64,000 nt of DNA from Haliotis rufescens (Eukaryota). Of this stretch, positions 62,490 through 64,000 are shown piece after piece. A model generated the notes under the pieces. It was not told the DNA's origin. It saw only the letters and a list, made by a program, of their open reading frames with translations, and ran no database searches. The position numbers and the translations under genes were made by a program. The stretch's first letter is position 1, and each line of letters starts with the position of its first letter. The stretch lies in the NCBI RefSeq assembly GCF_023055435.1, contig NW_025963890.1, positions 33,914,001 to 33,978,000 on the forward strand, written 5' to 3'.

Positions 62490-64000
62490 CGGACGACCCA
62501 GACGTTCGCACAGTCACTGAAACAATACTGGGTTGAGCATCCACTCCCTGGGGCTCGGGACAGAGCGTCGGCAAGTACGTTCCTCACACCGGGGATGTGA
62601 CAGGCGCGTACCTGGCACGGGACACTGTCCACCAGGGCGTAAAACTCGAACGTGAGATCAAGTAGCGAGTGACTGTGGGTTCCCCCCAGTTTGTCAACAT
62701 AAGATTCTACCGTCGTGTCGTCGGTCTCCAGCATAAGCCGGGCGTAGACGAGGCAATGCTTCAAGTGATTGACTGCGTTGATCACTGCCTTGAACTCGAG
62801 GCAATTGATGTGAAGACCTAGTTCGTCTACACACCACAGCCTCGAGCTCACCTCCCCCTCTAGATGGGCGCCCCAGCCCACTAGAGAAGTGTATGTATAC
62901 AGGTTCAACGTGGCCCGGAAGGGCCGCATAGAGACTCCTGATAAGACGTTGCAAGGGACCGTCCACCACTCCACATGCGGTTGGAGCCGATCCGGGAGGG
63001 TGACTGTCACACTGTTCTCCTCCTGTACTAACAACTGGATAAGAAACTGTTGCAGCGGTCAGAGTTGGAGACGACCCCGATCATTGCAGTCCGGGGCTGA
63101 CACAAGCACCGCTATGACTTTGGCAATCATCACCTGAATCTTGTGCCACCAGTCTGGGGGGACAAAGAGGCGATGGGTCACCGTGTCGAACCGACCTCCG
63201 ATGAACTTCAAGTTCTGTGAGGGGGTTAGCTTGCTCTTGGGGAGATTGACAATCCACCCAAAGTTCTCCAAGAGCCGAAGTGCGAAATCAAGCTGACGAG
63301 ACAGCACGTCTGTCATTCGATTAGCAACTAGCGCGTCGTCCAGGTAGGCAAAGTACCTGACACCCCTCCTGTGGAGAGACCCCACTATGGGGGCGGTTAA
63401 CCGGGTGAACAGACAGGGAGCGGACGATAAGCATCCTTCAGGTCGAAGAAGCGAGTCAGTCGGCGGGCATGATCAGCGCTTTCAGGTCCACCAAGGTCAA
63501 CATTCTGAACTTGGGCGGCTTGTGCAGGTAAAACTCGTTGAACGATTTTAGATTGTGAATCATTCTGAGTTCGGCACTGTCCTTCTTGAGAACGAGAAAT
63601 ATCCTGGAGTAAAACCCCAGTGTTATTTCTGGTAGGGCTAACTCCCGTACCGCCATCTTCTCCACCAACCTGCCGATGGCATTGGCGAGGATGGGAATAT
63701 CGGTTTCCGAATAGAAACCTGCTAACGGGGCAACGGTGAGTGTCAGATCCGCCTTGAGATCTAGCTGGTAGCCGTACCGGATCGTGTTGACCACCCACGG
63801 GTCGTCGAACACTTGTTCCCAATTCTCCCAGTAAGTCTGGAGTCTGGTTCCCACCGGGGAAGGGGAGGGGGGCCTGACAGGCTGCGGCAGGTGCAACTGT
63901 CCAGGGCTGAGTGACACGGGTTCGCCCACGGGCCAACCGAAGTTGGCGCTGTCGGCATACGAACCCCTCCAGTGAGAGTGGGCCCTTGCCATCCTTAGAC

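Larger units (their letters stand above)
60232..64000 (-). mobile_element. DIRS1-type retrotransposon (RT, RNase H, methyltransferase-like, YR), frameshifted, continues beyond window
   Basis: GFYSRIFLV.KKD, DLKDAY, AYLDD, HINCLEFKAV, HIPGVRNVLADALSR, DLFATRFN...DW...YAYPP, AARVSEIHAL, HEIRALA, W....FANHY. Confidence 0.93.

Overview
Eukaryotic, repeat-rich genomic DNA with two N-gaps. The SINE-like repeats resemble those of gastropod molluscs (abalone-like; inference only). Most of the ORF track is spurious. By manual splicing I reconstruct two complete genes lying head-to-head about 4 kb apart. (1) A minus-strand 4-exon gene (24087->9527), which the ORF track catches only as one exon. It encodes a 112-aa protein with a signal peptide, six Cys spaced like the RGM N-terminal/neuritin helical domain, and a GPI-anchor-like tail. 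Its 8.6-kb intron 2 is almost entirely a ~59-bp satellite built from the gene's own intron/exon-3 junction (~140 AG|GT sites). (2) A plus-strand 8-exon AKAP7-like gene (28100->40166, ~849 aa) with an intact 2H phosphoesterase (two HxT motifs), a PKA-RII-type helix and an 18 x 15-aa repeat. Three tiny palindromic P-element-like excision footprints surround its first exon. Probable terminal exons of two neighbouring genes lie at 4165-4230 (+) and 59805-59703 (-). The right third holds three decayed tyrosine-recombinase retrotransposons: a Ngaro-type element with an SGNH hydrolase ORF, a DIRS relic interrupted by a Tc1 element, and a DIRS1-type element with a methyltransferase-like domain and ITR/ICR end. 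Helentron-associated elements, MITEs, several SINE families and minisatellites make up the rest.
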